From NCBI GenBank assembly GCA_965644295.1, contig CBFFRP010000109.1:83314-147313 (forward strand): a stretch of 64,000 bases of DNA. The letters are read 5' to 3'. Positions 35,849 to 48,360 of this stretch are shown one piece after another. A model generated the notes under the pieces. The model was not told the origin of the DNA. It saw only the letters and a program-made list of their open reading frames with translations, and ran no database searches. The position numbers were made by a program, and so were the translations under genes. The DNA is from Paraphysomonas bandaiensis. Its lineage: Eukaryota > Protista > Chrysophyceae. The number at the start of each line of letters is the position of its first letter. The stretch's first letter is position 1.

Positions 35849-36349
35849 TGGTAGCTACACAGATGAGCATATAGTCCAGAACTTAAAAATACATTACGGA
35901 ATAAAGACGGCAGAATTGCAATCTTGTTTACAGAGTACACGAATACACATCATATTAAATAATGATTTTTTAAAATTCCTTTACGATTTACGTGTTTAGT
36001 TTGTGTCATACGTTATAAGCTAGATACTGTAGAAAACTTGTAATCGTGAATTTCCCTAACTACTCGACGTGATAGGTAGATAGATCAAGTTAAAATTCGA
36101 TCAATGAATTCAATTAATTCAGTATCTGTCATCCACTGTTTCCGCAACACTACAAAGAAATATTGAATTGTGAATACATTACTTATTGCACATTTGGGTT
36201 GGTTTAATGATAATAAATAGCTCTCATATAGCTAATAAAAACATAAGGACTATAATAACAGAACAGAAACATACATAAAATAAATGTGCTATCATTTACA
36301 GTGATAAATGTAACAAATAATCACATATACACACAAACAATCATTACAG

Positions 36350-38235
36350 TTATTGGGTACTCTCTTGGGCTCCTGATACAGGGGAATTAAATATAGAAAC
36401 ATAGTGCCCACAACAGTCTAGAATGTTCCTCGTCGTTGTGCAGGTGCCCGAGAACTGTACGCTGAGATATTGCCCGATGAGCGACGCCTAGTAACTTTAT
36501 TGGATGGAGCTTGTGCTTTAACTTCTCGAGAAGCGCGGGCCTACCGGTCGCATTGAATATTGTTAGTAAAATAGCACACACAGATGGGTGGTGAAGTACT
36601 TGTAAAATTTTCAGGTACAATTTACAAAGGTTTACTGACCTTGATTTCAATTGATTTCTCTTTTTTATTCACTGCTGTCACCTCGTCACTGACGTCATTG
36701 TCTTCTGCATTCTCAGTCAGCATGTCCATACTAAATTCTCTACCTTTATATAGTCCCAACGATCCGTAGCCTTTGGAGAAACGACGAGTCTGTGGGTTGC
36801 TCCAAGAATCCTCCTTGTTGTGTTTGGTATCATCAGAAGGAAAAGTGCTACGTTGATGGAAGCCGCCATCTTTACCTGCGTATACAATACTTACTCATAA
36901 TACAAAATACGTGTGGATTTGTCATATTTGAGAATCTGAAGCACTGTGTTAAACCCGAATAGCGAGACGAACCTATAAGAGATGACATCAAGGGAGGGGA
37001 TTTAGGATCTGCTGAAGGACCAGGGAGAACGTCCATTGAATACCTTCTGGCCTTTCCTTTATTTGGTTTTGCCTTTGTCTTCAACAAGCCGTCAAGACTT
37101 TCTCCAGTTGTCAAGTCAGCAATAGCTTTATCTTCACTCTCGATTTCATTGGTATTACTCTCATGTGATATCACTTTTTCACCATCTCCATTAGGGCCAG
37201 TACCAGCACCCTTTGGAGAATCCTTTGCATGGGAACTACGTTCTATATCGTCAGCGTGGTCAAAGGAGCCTCTCGCACTCGAATCACTCCCAAAACTACT
37301 CCGAGAGTGTCGTAGCGAGCGTCGTCGTCGATGAGTATGTATCAACTCATCCAGGCTTTTATTCTGTTCAATACCTGCACCATCTACGGACCCGGTATTT
37401 TCTCGGCTGTCGACCATGTACTTCACCAATCTAGAGAGTTCATTGGCTGATACATACTTCCCCTTCGTCAGAACTACCCTGTGCTCCGTTCGTTCATGCC
37501 AGAATCTAGCCCCCAAGCATTTCTTCATAATTTTTTTTTGATACTCAAAACAAGGTTGAATAACCGCTGGGTTCTTGACAGCAAATTCTCTCCAGAATAA
37601 CCTGGCAACCCCCTCTTTTCCCAATTCTTGGATCTTAGCATTTAGTCTGGCAAGCATTGTCATAACACGAAGTAACAATATATACACCCTCTACAGCTCA
37701 TATGCTCCTCAAACGCACTTATAAACTGGCCCACACAGTCAATACATACTTACTTCTGTCCCTTTCGGCTCTTCGCATAATATTTCCCGTATATATCCTT
37801 CAACAGAGCATCAGCTTCATCCTTATCCAACATTTCATTCCCATCAAAATCATACAAATCAAAAGCAAAGAGTGCTACACATACACACACAATTAGCAGA
37901 TTAAACGAGTATATATCCACGCTCTCACCCATATTGCTTCCAAGTGTACAATAGTTCCATATAATCAGTACGAATTGACGGAATGTTACATGCCCGAGCC
38001 TCTTCTTATCCAGTACACTGAATGCACGTCTCATAAATTCACATTTATGGAAACCAAAAAACCGTAAAAAATTCTCAATAGTGATGGTTTTCTCCATATC
38101 AGGAGACATTTTCCCATATATTCGATATAAAAACCCTATAGATATATCTGTCATTGAAAGACACTCAAACTGTGACTTCCACTTCGAAAGTGAGGGGTAT
38201 ATTTGATATATGGATATCGACTGCTTCGCTCCCAT
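36350..38235 (-). CDS. Multi-exon EF-hand protein with N-myristoylation signal (calcineurin B / NCS-like N-terminus) and a long disordered tail
   Basis: MGAKQS start; FSVLDKKRLGHVTFRQF; FAFDLYDFDGNEMLDKDE; 3' end approximate. Confidence 0.75.
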
Positions 38236-38823
38236 ACTTGAATTATATCAATATCACTGATAGTCCTCCATAGAGTATCTTTGGCATATATATTATAATA
38301 GGAAGCTATGTGACCCACAGCTCTACATACAGTGAGAGTCGTATATTCCAAGTCATCTTGAAAAGAACAACAGTTAAGATTTCCCTTTCTTGATATTTAT
38401 GATAGTGTATAATAATGCCATTTTAGGCCCCATATATGTGAATATCCCTATTTTATAGCATTCGACACATGTTTTCTGCAATATATGGTTTTATTTAGCT
38501 GAATAAGTCCAACTTTTTGCACTCTCTTTGTATACGTACACCGGAATACCGTGTGGTATCCACGTATGGCTTGTATACAGGGTTGTATAATATGTATACC
38601 GCGACACATAGTATCCTATAACACTGCTGTATAATCGAAGGTTCATACAAGTAAATATGATATGTATGTATCGTACAACCATCATACACACACAGCATAC
38701 TCCTACACACAATATACACTTGCTTGTTATTGCAGCAAATAACAATACGCACCATATCACCAGCACAGTGCAGTTTATCCTACACACTTTACATACCACC
38801 TGACGAAGTGTGTTTAACCTATC

Positions 38824-40241
38824 ATGGCCACAAAACACCAATTAACAGATCCTACCCAGGGCATCACGTGCCATGCCTGGAACGCTGATCGATCCAGTAA
38901 GTGAAGATATCTTATACATAAATTATACCACTAATATTCCTGTTAAGTGATCGCAATGTGCCCAAATAATAATGAGATCCATATCTATGGAGGGTGTAAC
39001 ACAGCAACATGGGAAAAACTCCATGTTCTCCCTGAGGTAGGTGCTTTTGTTTAAGGGGAGTTGGAATAACCCTTATCTACAGCACGATTTAGTTGTCAGT
39101 GGGCTGGATTGGAGTGCCGTTCATAACAAAATAGTCTCTTGCTCTCATGATCGGAATGCCTTTGTCTGGACATTTGATCGCGAAAATAATAAATGGGTTC
39201 CCGCACTTGTTATTTTGCGCATTGACAGGTGTGTCTCCTTTTACGTTTTTGTGCGAAGTGTTCGTCTAATTTTCAAATCGAAACGTAGGGCGGCGTTGGA
39301 TGTGAAGTGGTCTCTGGATGGACTTCGCTTTGCCGTAACATCTGGAGCAAAATGTGTGCCGGTCTGTACTTACGAGGCCTCCAACGATTGGTGGGTGAGC
39401 AAGATGGTGAAGAAGAAGTTCAAATCAACTGTGCTGTGCTGCGCATTCCACCCACATAATGGACAACTTCTTGCAACAGGATCATCTGATTTTAAGTGCC
39501 GTGTTTATTCTACTTTTGACTCTGCAGTGGATAGCGCTCCTAGTGCGGGTGTATTTGAGACAGCTGTGGAGTTCGGGGAGGCTTATATTGAGCTTACGTC
39601 TAGTGGATGGGTGACGGCTGTCGCGTGGTCGCCGTCCGGAAATACCCTTTGCTACTCTGGTATATATCGTGTTGTCCGTGTGCAGTATAATACGCATTGT
39701 CCCTGATAATATATCTGTAGGACATGACTCTTCTATCCACATGGTCACTTTTTCAGGAGGTGGAGCTAGCGCTCACCAGACCATCCGGTTCCGTGATCTG
39801 CCGCTCACGTCGCTACTGTTTGTCTCGGAGAAAGCGGTCATTGGAGGTGGACATGATTTCAATCCCATGGTCTTCACTACATCTGGTAAGAACTGTTTTT
39901 TTTGTGGCATTACTGTTACAACTTCAGAATATTGTACTGACGTGATTGCAGGTGACCCTAGTGGGTGGTCTTTCCTAGACAAGCTGGACAAGAAAAAGGA
40001 AAAGGCCAAGGAAGCTGCCACTGGTGGCGTGGCAGCAGCTCGCGCTCTGTTCCAAAACAAAGCCAGCCGTGGTCAGGACTCGAGTAGTGATGGTGACAAA
40101 CTCTGGACTGCTCATGAGGGAACCATTTCTGATATGGCTCTCGTCTCCCCATCTGTCGTGTCAACTGCTGCGTTGGACGGACGGGTCGTGCTGTGGAACC
40201 TGCCTCAGCTGCATATTGCGATGGCCTCAATGGGTCTGTGA
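38824..40241 (+). CDS. ARPC1: Arp2/3 complex subunit 1 (p41-Arc), WD40, multi-exon
   Basis: ITCHAWNADRS, CPNNNEIHIY, IVSCSHDRNAFVW, PALVILRIDRAA, NDWWVSKMVKK, LLATGSSDFKCRV. Confidence 0.95.
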
Positions 40242-40914
40242 TCGTGATACCAGTCATGTAAACCTAGTAGCTCTGATGAGTATTTATAGCATTGTGTGTT
40301 TGCATAATCTGGTGTTGAGGAGTCACAGCAGTTACTAGTTGCTGAGATAATGCAAGTTCGTAAAAAGAAATCATAAATTTGTAACGACGTGTGAACGAGT
40401 AGCAGATGTTGCTCTTTTTCTTATATATGGTGCTCATATGCAATTATTTATGGATACTATTAGTATACAGTATACACCGACGCATGACCTTATGTCTTGT
40501 CCGATCTCATCGAGACCCACTATAGACTGTATAGTCTCGTAAAATCAATTCTTCTATTTGAAGCATAGATTCTGTACTAATACAAAGATGTCACACAAAT
40601 TAAACTTTATTATTTACTAAATTAAATTATCAGACAACTGTTTATTGTTTATTATTTATTGCAACCATAGACGTGCTACCGCTATGTACATACGGTTTTA
40701 CAAAAGAGATTTAACCCTGAAGCTTAAATTAACAACTTATAAGTGCTTATATTACGAAGAGCTCTATAGGCACAGAGATATATAACTGATAAATGCACAA
40801 ATCAAACAGTGTATGCACAATTAAACTATGCATGTGAATTCGACGAATATGTCCGCCCAAACTACAAGTGGTTCATTTGAATCAATCCAGAAATTCTTAG
40901 CATACGTACGTACC

Positions 40915-41640
40915 CTACTTTGACTTCTTCGATTCCTCTCTATTATTCTCCTTAGACCAAAATGCTTTCAAAAACATCGCATGTTTAGTCGATGGAAATC
41001 CCAAGATAAAACTCATGGAGGCATACGAGACCCTACCGGCAAAGGGTAAGTTCAAAGGAGCGAGAGAGAACCATATATAGAGTGCCTCCAGTGCATGACT
41101 ACCAGCCACCAGGGCCAGTCCAATGTACGCATAATAAGGAGAGGGAAATATGTACGACGACACAGTTCTGATCATGTTAAAGTAAACACTCCCTTGTTTT
41201 TCGGCTGAGACAAGTCCAGTTATACATATCAGCCAGAGAAAAAGACTGATATACCCAGCAGGCCCAGGTGGCCACACGGCTAGAGATGCATAAGTACGAA
41301 GCGATTTCAATGTTTTATCGACATCATTAGGGTCGGATATGGGTTCCATGAATTCATGGCTCTTGCGTACTACGCTCTTCTCTCCAGTCCTCCAATGCGC
41401 CGTCTCGATCTCCATCTCGATCTGTGTTTTATCTATCGCCAATGCCCTGGCACTGACAGCCTCAGGGCAACCAATGACAGCCCATGAGAGCATTAGCATA
41501 AATACTACAAATATTGGCTATAAGAAACACTAACATATACATATATATGCACCTTTATCTTCGTTTAAAGACTTGACGATAGCCTCACTGTCTGGAAGGG
41601 ATGGGTCTGGTGTAGCTTCCAATTCATTGGGTTCTGACAT
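40915..41640 (-). CDS. Membrane protein, DUF2470-like N-terminus plus TMEM254-like transmembrane region; one intron
   Basis: ATG at 41640, intron ~41500-41551; hydrophobic helices and SHALEALY..SFILGFPS motif. Confidence 0.6.
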
Positions 41641-42788
41641 GTTTACAGGTGTATGAGTTCACTTGAATTGTGGAGTAATAAGAGACATGTTGGTGTAGTT
41701 GATGTAGAGCAGAATGGTGTTGTGTTGTACTGTTGTACTACGTTCTCTCTGTATGAATCTATAGGAAGGACAGAGTAGATAAAGTGTAGTGATAAAAATC
41801 CATAGTTTTATACTGGAAAATCGATTTATGCAGACATTCCTTTAAAAATAGGTGATTTCAACTTTCATCATAAAATCAGGCACTTTTCATTTGTGCAATC
41901 TGCTGTCCGTAGATCACACCACGCATAGATATCCATGGATATCTATATGCAGAGTAGCAGTAGCCAGAGGATGTCTCGATAGGAGATCTCGATATTATAT
42001 GCTTGAAGTTACGTTGAAAGGAATGCATAACAGATATGTCCTGTTTGAAAGCATACTGATATCCGTCTGATATCGGTCCTCGTTGACCTATGAGAGGGAC
42101 TATTATGGGGAGTGTGTATTGTGGGATCTTATCGTGTTCGTACCATAAGATGAACGAGTTCGTCTATATTAGCTTATTAAATATTAATCATGCACTTGTG
42201 TTTCATAGAAATCAAGTTGATATACTGCATTTAACTTGACATTTAACTGAAAAAGTGCTATGGACTGAGGCAGAAAGTCGTCGAAAAGTATACTGTTGAA
42301 TAGTAATATGATATATATATAGTATATGTAGTGTGTAATGTGCGCATGTGTGCAGTATTGGTCAAGGTAAAACTGGATAACTATTCCGACTTACATTGTA
42401 TATACGATTTTAATGGTATCGTCCTAGTATGAAAAGTGATTGTGATGCTGCCTTTCTTTTCTTACTGTAGATTTACACTGTTTATAATGTACTAACTCTC
42501 AATAATATTTTCTAATCTTCTTGCATATGGAATAATGGGTGTAAACTATTGTACGTCAACGTGGGAACTCATGAGTGCATCAATCTCTATATATATCTTG
42601 TATTCGCTAAATGTTATAATAGTCAACACGTTTTAGTCTTTCAAAACCCATAGAGTTTTTCAACTCTTCATTGCATTGTGAGCTCAAAAGTAAGCTATTA
42701 ATATTAAATGGTAAAATATATATCTTTACAAATAATGTATTGTCATATCTATTTATGTATATCGTATGAGCTTATGATAGTATGGGCC

Positions 42789-43133
42789 ATAGTCAGCAGA
42801 TATTCTTCTTCTGCCCACTCATAGCCGAATGCTTGTGTGGTACAAGGGACACCAATAAGTATCACATGTGTAGACGTCTTTGGTCCCTGACGAATAAACA
42901 GGCATCCGGGAATGGGCCCACCTCAAGGGTAACCGGGGTATTGGGCTGCCTGCTGAAGTCAAGCATCCGGTATGTTCACCTTAAGAACTCAGAGCGGAAG
43001 TTGTCGCACCTTGGTGCTTGCGGCGACGCACAAGCAGCTTCCGTAGCGTTAAATAGTAGGATTACAGAAGTGTGTACAGATTAGTTACAGGTAGAGGTCT
43101 AACTAGTTTGTCTAGCATTCATCTAGCTACTAA
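42789..43133 (+). mobile_element. Internal fragment C6 of the retroposon family
   Basis: Near-identical to ~34838-35190 but with one fewer 27-bp internal repeat; both ends missing, no TSD seen. Confidence 0.88.
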
Positions 43134-43399
43134 ATCAATCTTTAGTAGAAGCAATCGTGAGGTCAATTCTAAATATATTATCGTCAATTTAATTATACTA
43201 TCCTCATATTTATATCGAAGATTGGTGCATCTCAGCCTATGCGTCTAGCTAAACATTCTATGGGGAATTTAAAAAAGTAGATATACTTCCGGTATTTAAG
43301 TTTCACACGGAATTGTTTCAGAGTACACGTGGCATTGAGATGATAATTCAAATTCGTAATTGGTAATTATATATAAAAACTTTTCGCGGTACATGACTT

Positions 43400-44961
43400 G
43401 GTGTAAGATATGACTGAAGTTGTAAAAAGTCGACTCAGGGGTTCATGCAAGTGTACAACAAGGATAAATAGTACAAAATAACGATACTACGTTTTCTTTT
43501 GCTCAATAATAGTTTGAAAAAATACCGCAGCTACCTTAGCTGGGTAAGAGTAGCAGTTAGAGTTCGTGAACGCCTCGAAGAGAGGTCCCTCCACAAATCC
43601 TATATGGTTGCCGTGTGAGGTTTCCATATATATCACATGGGGATTACTGGTAACGACATCAACTGGAATATTTTTATCAACGCAATCCTGATTGAATTGT
43701 TACATTTCTCTAGTATAGGTGTACTACTCGTACCTGGTGGAGGGGGTCATCTTGAGGTTGAAGAAGTAAAACGGGCTGCTCGATGATATTTTTCTCATGA
43801 ACGCGTTTTAGTGCCGAGAACGCATTTAGCTGCTCAGTTTCAGAAGTGAAGCCAAAGACACGAACTAAAACGCGGTCTACTTCACTCATTGTGCGGCAGG
43901 TCTGAATATCCTGCCGCACAGAGCTACCATGTACTTTCTCGACTTCCTGAATACTCTTCATCATTATTCCCTGCAGGTATGTCAAACATGTCATGATATC
44001 ATATTCGCAGGAACCTTCAGTAGGGCAGCCAACATGAAGCTGTAGAACTTTCCAGCAATAGAATTTTCCAGTCTACTGCGCGTAGTCGCATAGCACCAGT
44101 TTACACAACAACAGAAAACACCAGCCAGGCGAATATGTTCAGGTTTATGTAAGAGTGCATTATGCACTATATTGGACCCAGCGGAAAATCCTGCCATGAA
44201 GAGTATAGCATCAGGACAAGCTTCGTGTGTCCGCTCCAGAAGCAAGCATACATCATCGTGAAGAGCGGGATGCCAAGTTCTAGATGAAAGTTACATTCGC
44301 ATTTAAAGTCAATATACTGTAGACATACTTGTGGTTAGACAGTGGGTGTTCCAGGCCACGTGCAGTGACCACTGCACAGTGGAAATTGTACGAGGATAAT
44401 GTCTGCACAAACTTGGACACATAGCTCTGAAAACATATTGGGTCATATACTTAGCAAAATATCTCTCGTATTATCTTTCATTCTTACATCTCCAGATTTC
44501 GATCCGAGACCAGGAACGAATATGCAAATCTTACTCGCTTCTGAGCCAGATGGTTTTTTCGGGTACCACTTAACAACAAATTGGGATCCATCAGAATGAA
44601 CTATATTCTCTATCTCGTACGGCAGGTTATACACTTTACCGAACTGAATAGTTGACCCTAAGTGGCGATTGTACCACCATGGTGCGACATACTCCCCCAC
44701 TGTGTTCTGAACGACATTCTTCAGCTTTACATTGAAAGAGTTTTCCTGACATACTATTTTTACTCGACCAGATGGGTACCCGAACATATAAAATGATAGA
44801 ATATATTGCAAAATAGCTAAAATACAGAGCAAAGCAAAGTAAAATGACAAATCTCCCCATAGTAATGTACGTTGAGGGTTTTGTAAGTCATTAATGAATG
44901 ATTCAAACGAATATCGACCCAACCCCCCATATAATGCCATTGTAACACGATCTTGTGACAT
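43400..44961 (-). CDS. Alpha/beta hydrolase of the ABHD1/3 (YheT/Eht1-like) family, multi-exon
   Basis: N-terminal TM helix, PWWYNRHLGS, FVPGLG, GFSAGSN nucleophile, QDDPL, HGNHIGFVEG; 3' end approximate. Confidence 0.85.
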
Positions 44962-45444
44962 ATTTCGTCTTACTGTAGTAGATTCTAATGGTTATTAAGA
45001 GTCATCTAGAATGAAATTATTGCAAGATTTCGGAAACAGAATGCTAATAGAATACTTCGGAATATATAGTGGGTATACGTGTGTACCTACATATAGGCAT
45101 ATGCTACGTATGTGATTGGATATAATCATCTCACACCCTCTTCTACCCAACCCATATATGGGATTTTTGGGTGTAGAAGGAATTACGGGCTACTTCGCGC
45201 AACATGCAGAGTCCGTCAATGTCTTGCACAAATTTCCAACGGGAGTAATGTAGCCAATAACGGGAGAAATATAAATGATGGTCTTGCATCGTCACACAGT
45301 TCACACATCAGTAAAATATACATACGCAGTTAGGTACTTCGATATAGGGACAATCAATCTAATAATTCACTCTCTGCACAAGCACATAAAGTGTAATTTA
45401 CTGGAAGTTTTACCAATATATTCCTTTTTGCTTGTTGCTGAGCA

Positions 45445-46909
45445 ATGGCCACAAGAACGTATCACCGTTTCAAGGCCTCTGGACAGCAGTTTGAGGTACT
45501 ATAGCGCAATATATATATACTACACTATTGCTATCTTGATTACTTATCGTATGATTTATTATCCAGGTTGAATCCAAATATTCGTTTATTAGACCAATCG
45601 GACATGGAGCATACGGAGTTGTAATGTATTTATTATTAATATCATGTCGTTATGTTGGACTTATTTAGTCTCAGATCCGCGTTAGATAAATCGACCAGTC
45701 AAAAAGTTGCTATTAAAAAAATTACGCGTGCATTTGATGATCCAGTTGATGCCAAACGTATTTTACGTGAAATTAAACTTATGAAGAAGTTTTCTCATGA
45801 AAATGTATGATGTTAGGTATGGGTTTGTCATTCTGTAATGTATTATATCAGGTAATCCGGATTGTTGACATTATTGCGCCCTCACCCACGATAGAGGAAT
45901 TCGAAGATGTGTATATTGTTCAGGTTGGAATGTATTAATATTCTAATAGATGTTGATAATATTTTAACAGGACTTGATGGAAACGGATCTTCACCGTATT
46001 ATATATTCTAGACAGCCGCTTACGATAGATCACGTGCAGTACTTTGTCTACCAGATACTACGGGGATTAAAATACATTCATTCTGCCAATGTTATCCATA
46101 GAGACTTGAAGCCTTCCAATCTCTTGGTGAATGCCAACTGCGACCTTAAGATATGTGATTTTGGTCTCGCGCGCGGTGTTGAAGACGAGCAATCAGGGGC
46201 ACTAACAGAGTACGTGGTTACCCGGTGGTATCGCGCCCCGGAGATTATGCTTGCCTGCCACGAGTACACCAGGGCTATTGATGTATGGTCAGTGGGGTGT
46301 ATATTTGCAGAGCTCCTTGCGAGGCAGGCTCTTTTCCCCGGAGAAGACTACATTGCTCAGTTGCGATTGATATGCGACAAGATGGGCCGTCCTGCTGAAA
46401 ATGATCTTGATTTCGTAACGTCTGATCGGGCGAAGCAATTTATCGCATCACTTCCTGTGAAAAAGCCGCAACCAATGACAGAGATGTTCCCTGATCACAA
46501 AGGCGAAAAGGAGGCACATGATTTGCTACGTAAGATGCTTGAGTTCCACCCACACCGTCGTATATCCATCGAAGATGCTCTTGCGCACCCTTTTATGTCA
46601 TCTTTGCACAACCCAGATGACGAGCCTATAGCAGACTTCACATTCGACTTTGCTTTTGAGGACGATGATTTGTCTCGGGAGCGCGTGCAGGCCCTTATTT
46701 GGGATGAGATCCGCGAACTTCATCCGGATATCCCGGAGACGTGTCCATCTGCCACGCCTCGGAAGAAGACCAGCAAGGCAGGAAGTGGGGTGTTTGCTGA
46801 CGCCAAGGCAGATGCCAAATCGGAAGTCGACGATGACAGCAAGACTGCACCTAATGACAGCCCTAAGAGATCGACACGTAAACGATCCGCCTCCCCATCG
46901 GATAAGTAG
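45445..46909 (+). CDS. MAP kinase (TEY activation loop), multi-exon
   Basis: IGHGAYGVV, VAIKK, DAKRILREIKL, HRDLKPSN, ICDFGLAR, TEYVVTRWYRAPE. Confidence 0.97.
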
Positions 46910-48360
46910 CCCATTTACGTACTGCTTCGTGCTTCGGCTGATGAGTCTATCAGCCGCTTGGTAGACATAATTTATGCTGAAATCAAACTACCCTGAAGTA
47001 TTAAATATTACAGAACCTAGGACAAGTTGTACTCGTGGGACTAGTTGTAGTATAGTAGTGTTGTAGAGGTATAGGTGGTGAATTGGTCTGTGTAGTTTGT
47101 CATCCGGAAGATGTATATCTTTTCTTGTAATGACTTAACTCTACGTAATTAGTATTTCGTAATGAGAATTACGATACAAAATACCGAAATAGATTACTGG
47201 ATATGAGTTGATAGATACAAAGTAAACCATGTACTGAAGCACAATATACACAATACAATAGCGAATAGCGAATGGTCATATTCAGGGATAGGGAACAATA
47301 TATTGCAATACTATTGTTAGATAGCGTTCCATCAATAGTATTGATGGAATTTTTAAACCGGTTCTACAATACAATTACAATATATTGCAATATATTGTCA
47401 ATGTATTGCAATATATTAGTATGACTAATCAGTAGGTAAACACATCGCTCCGTAGATTTCATTTTTAGTATTACTCATTAAGATCACATGACAACCAAAC
47501 CAACTGCTGCTTATATAGCTACTAATATATCACATCAAGGTGTTATATGATTTTCTCAGCACAGTAATATCAAAAAACACTTTTAATTGTAACAGTTGAA
47601 AGAGAAATATAACTCAAGAATCATAATAAAGGTTATTTTTTGAAAGAACAAGCGCCAGAAGATATAGCATCGGAGGGAGCGCAGTACTGTGGATGCGGCA
47701 CATGGCATACTGTAGCTCAAAACTGGCTCTCCTAAGGTATATTTCTGGGGATGTGGACAGTTAGGTTAGTACGTATAATCATTTCATTTCATATCATATC
47801 CATATGGGAGGGGAATACTTCCATTCAAAGTTTAGATTGTCCCTGATCAATGCCTTAAAGGGTATACGTGAAGTGTTTTATTACTTCCCGATCTCCTTTT
47901 TCTATTATCCTTACAGCTGGAGTCGGTAGTGGAAACCGAGCTCTTAGTATGCATGTTAGCCATTGTGAAATATCAGACATGGTTATGTCCCAATGACACA
48001 TACAAACATAACACAAGCAACAGCATATACAGCGCTCTGTATACAACGTATATGTTATATAACATATACAGCACTGTATACAATGTATTATACCAGTATG
48101 TTGTGAATAGTAACGGACAAAAAAAGTGTAAAAGTCGTTTGTATTTTCCACACTTCAAAAACACTTACGGTGAGTTTCATATGTTAGAAGATCCGTGAAG
48201 ACCAAGTGGGAAAAAAGGAAGTGAGTATGTGAATATGGTTATACAGTTGAGAAGAGCGGAGTTCATTATTACACTTGATTTCAGGTTATAAATTATCCCC
48301 AGCTGGGTCCTCTAGCTCGCTTTATTCTCTTGTACTGACGTGTAGAGTTATTGTGAGAGA

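Noticed and set aside
42782-43084. 100-aa ORF within the retroposon
   Set aside because: Start and frame are not conserved among copies (stops and indels in C2, C4, C7)
47283-47845. CAGGGA...TCCCTG as a complete hAT element
   Set aside because: Only a 6-bp TIR match, and the flanking 8-mers (GTCATATT / ATCAATGC) are not a TSD
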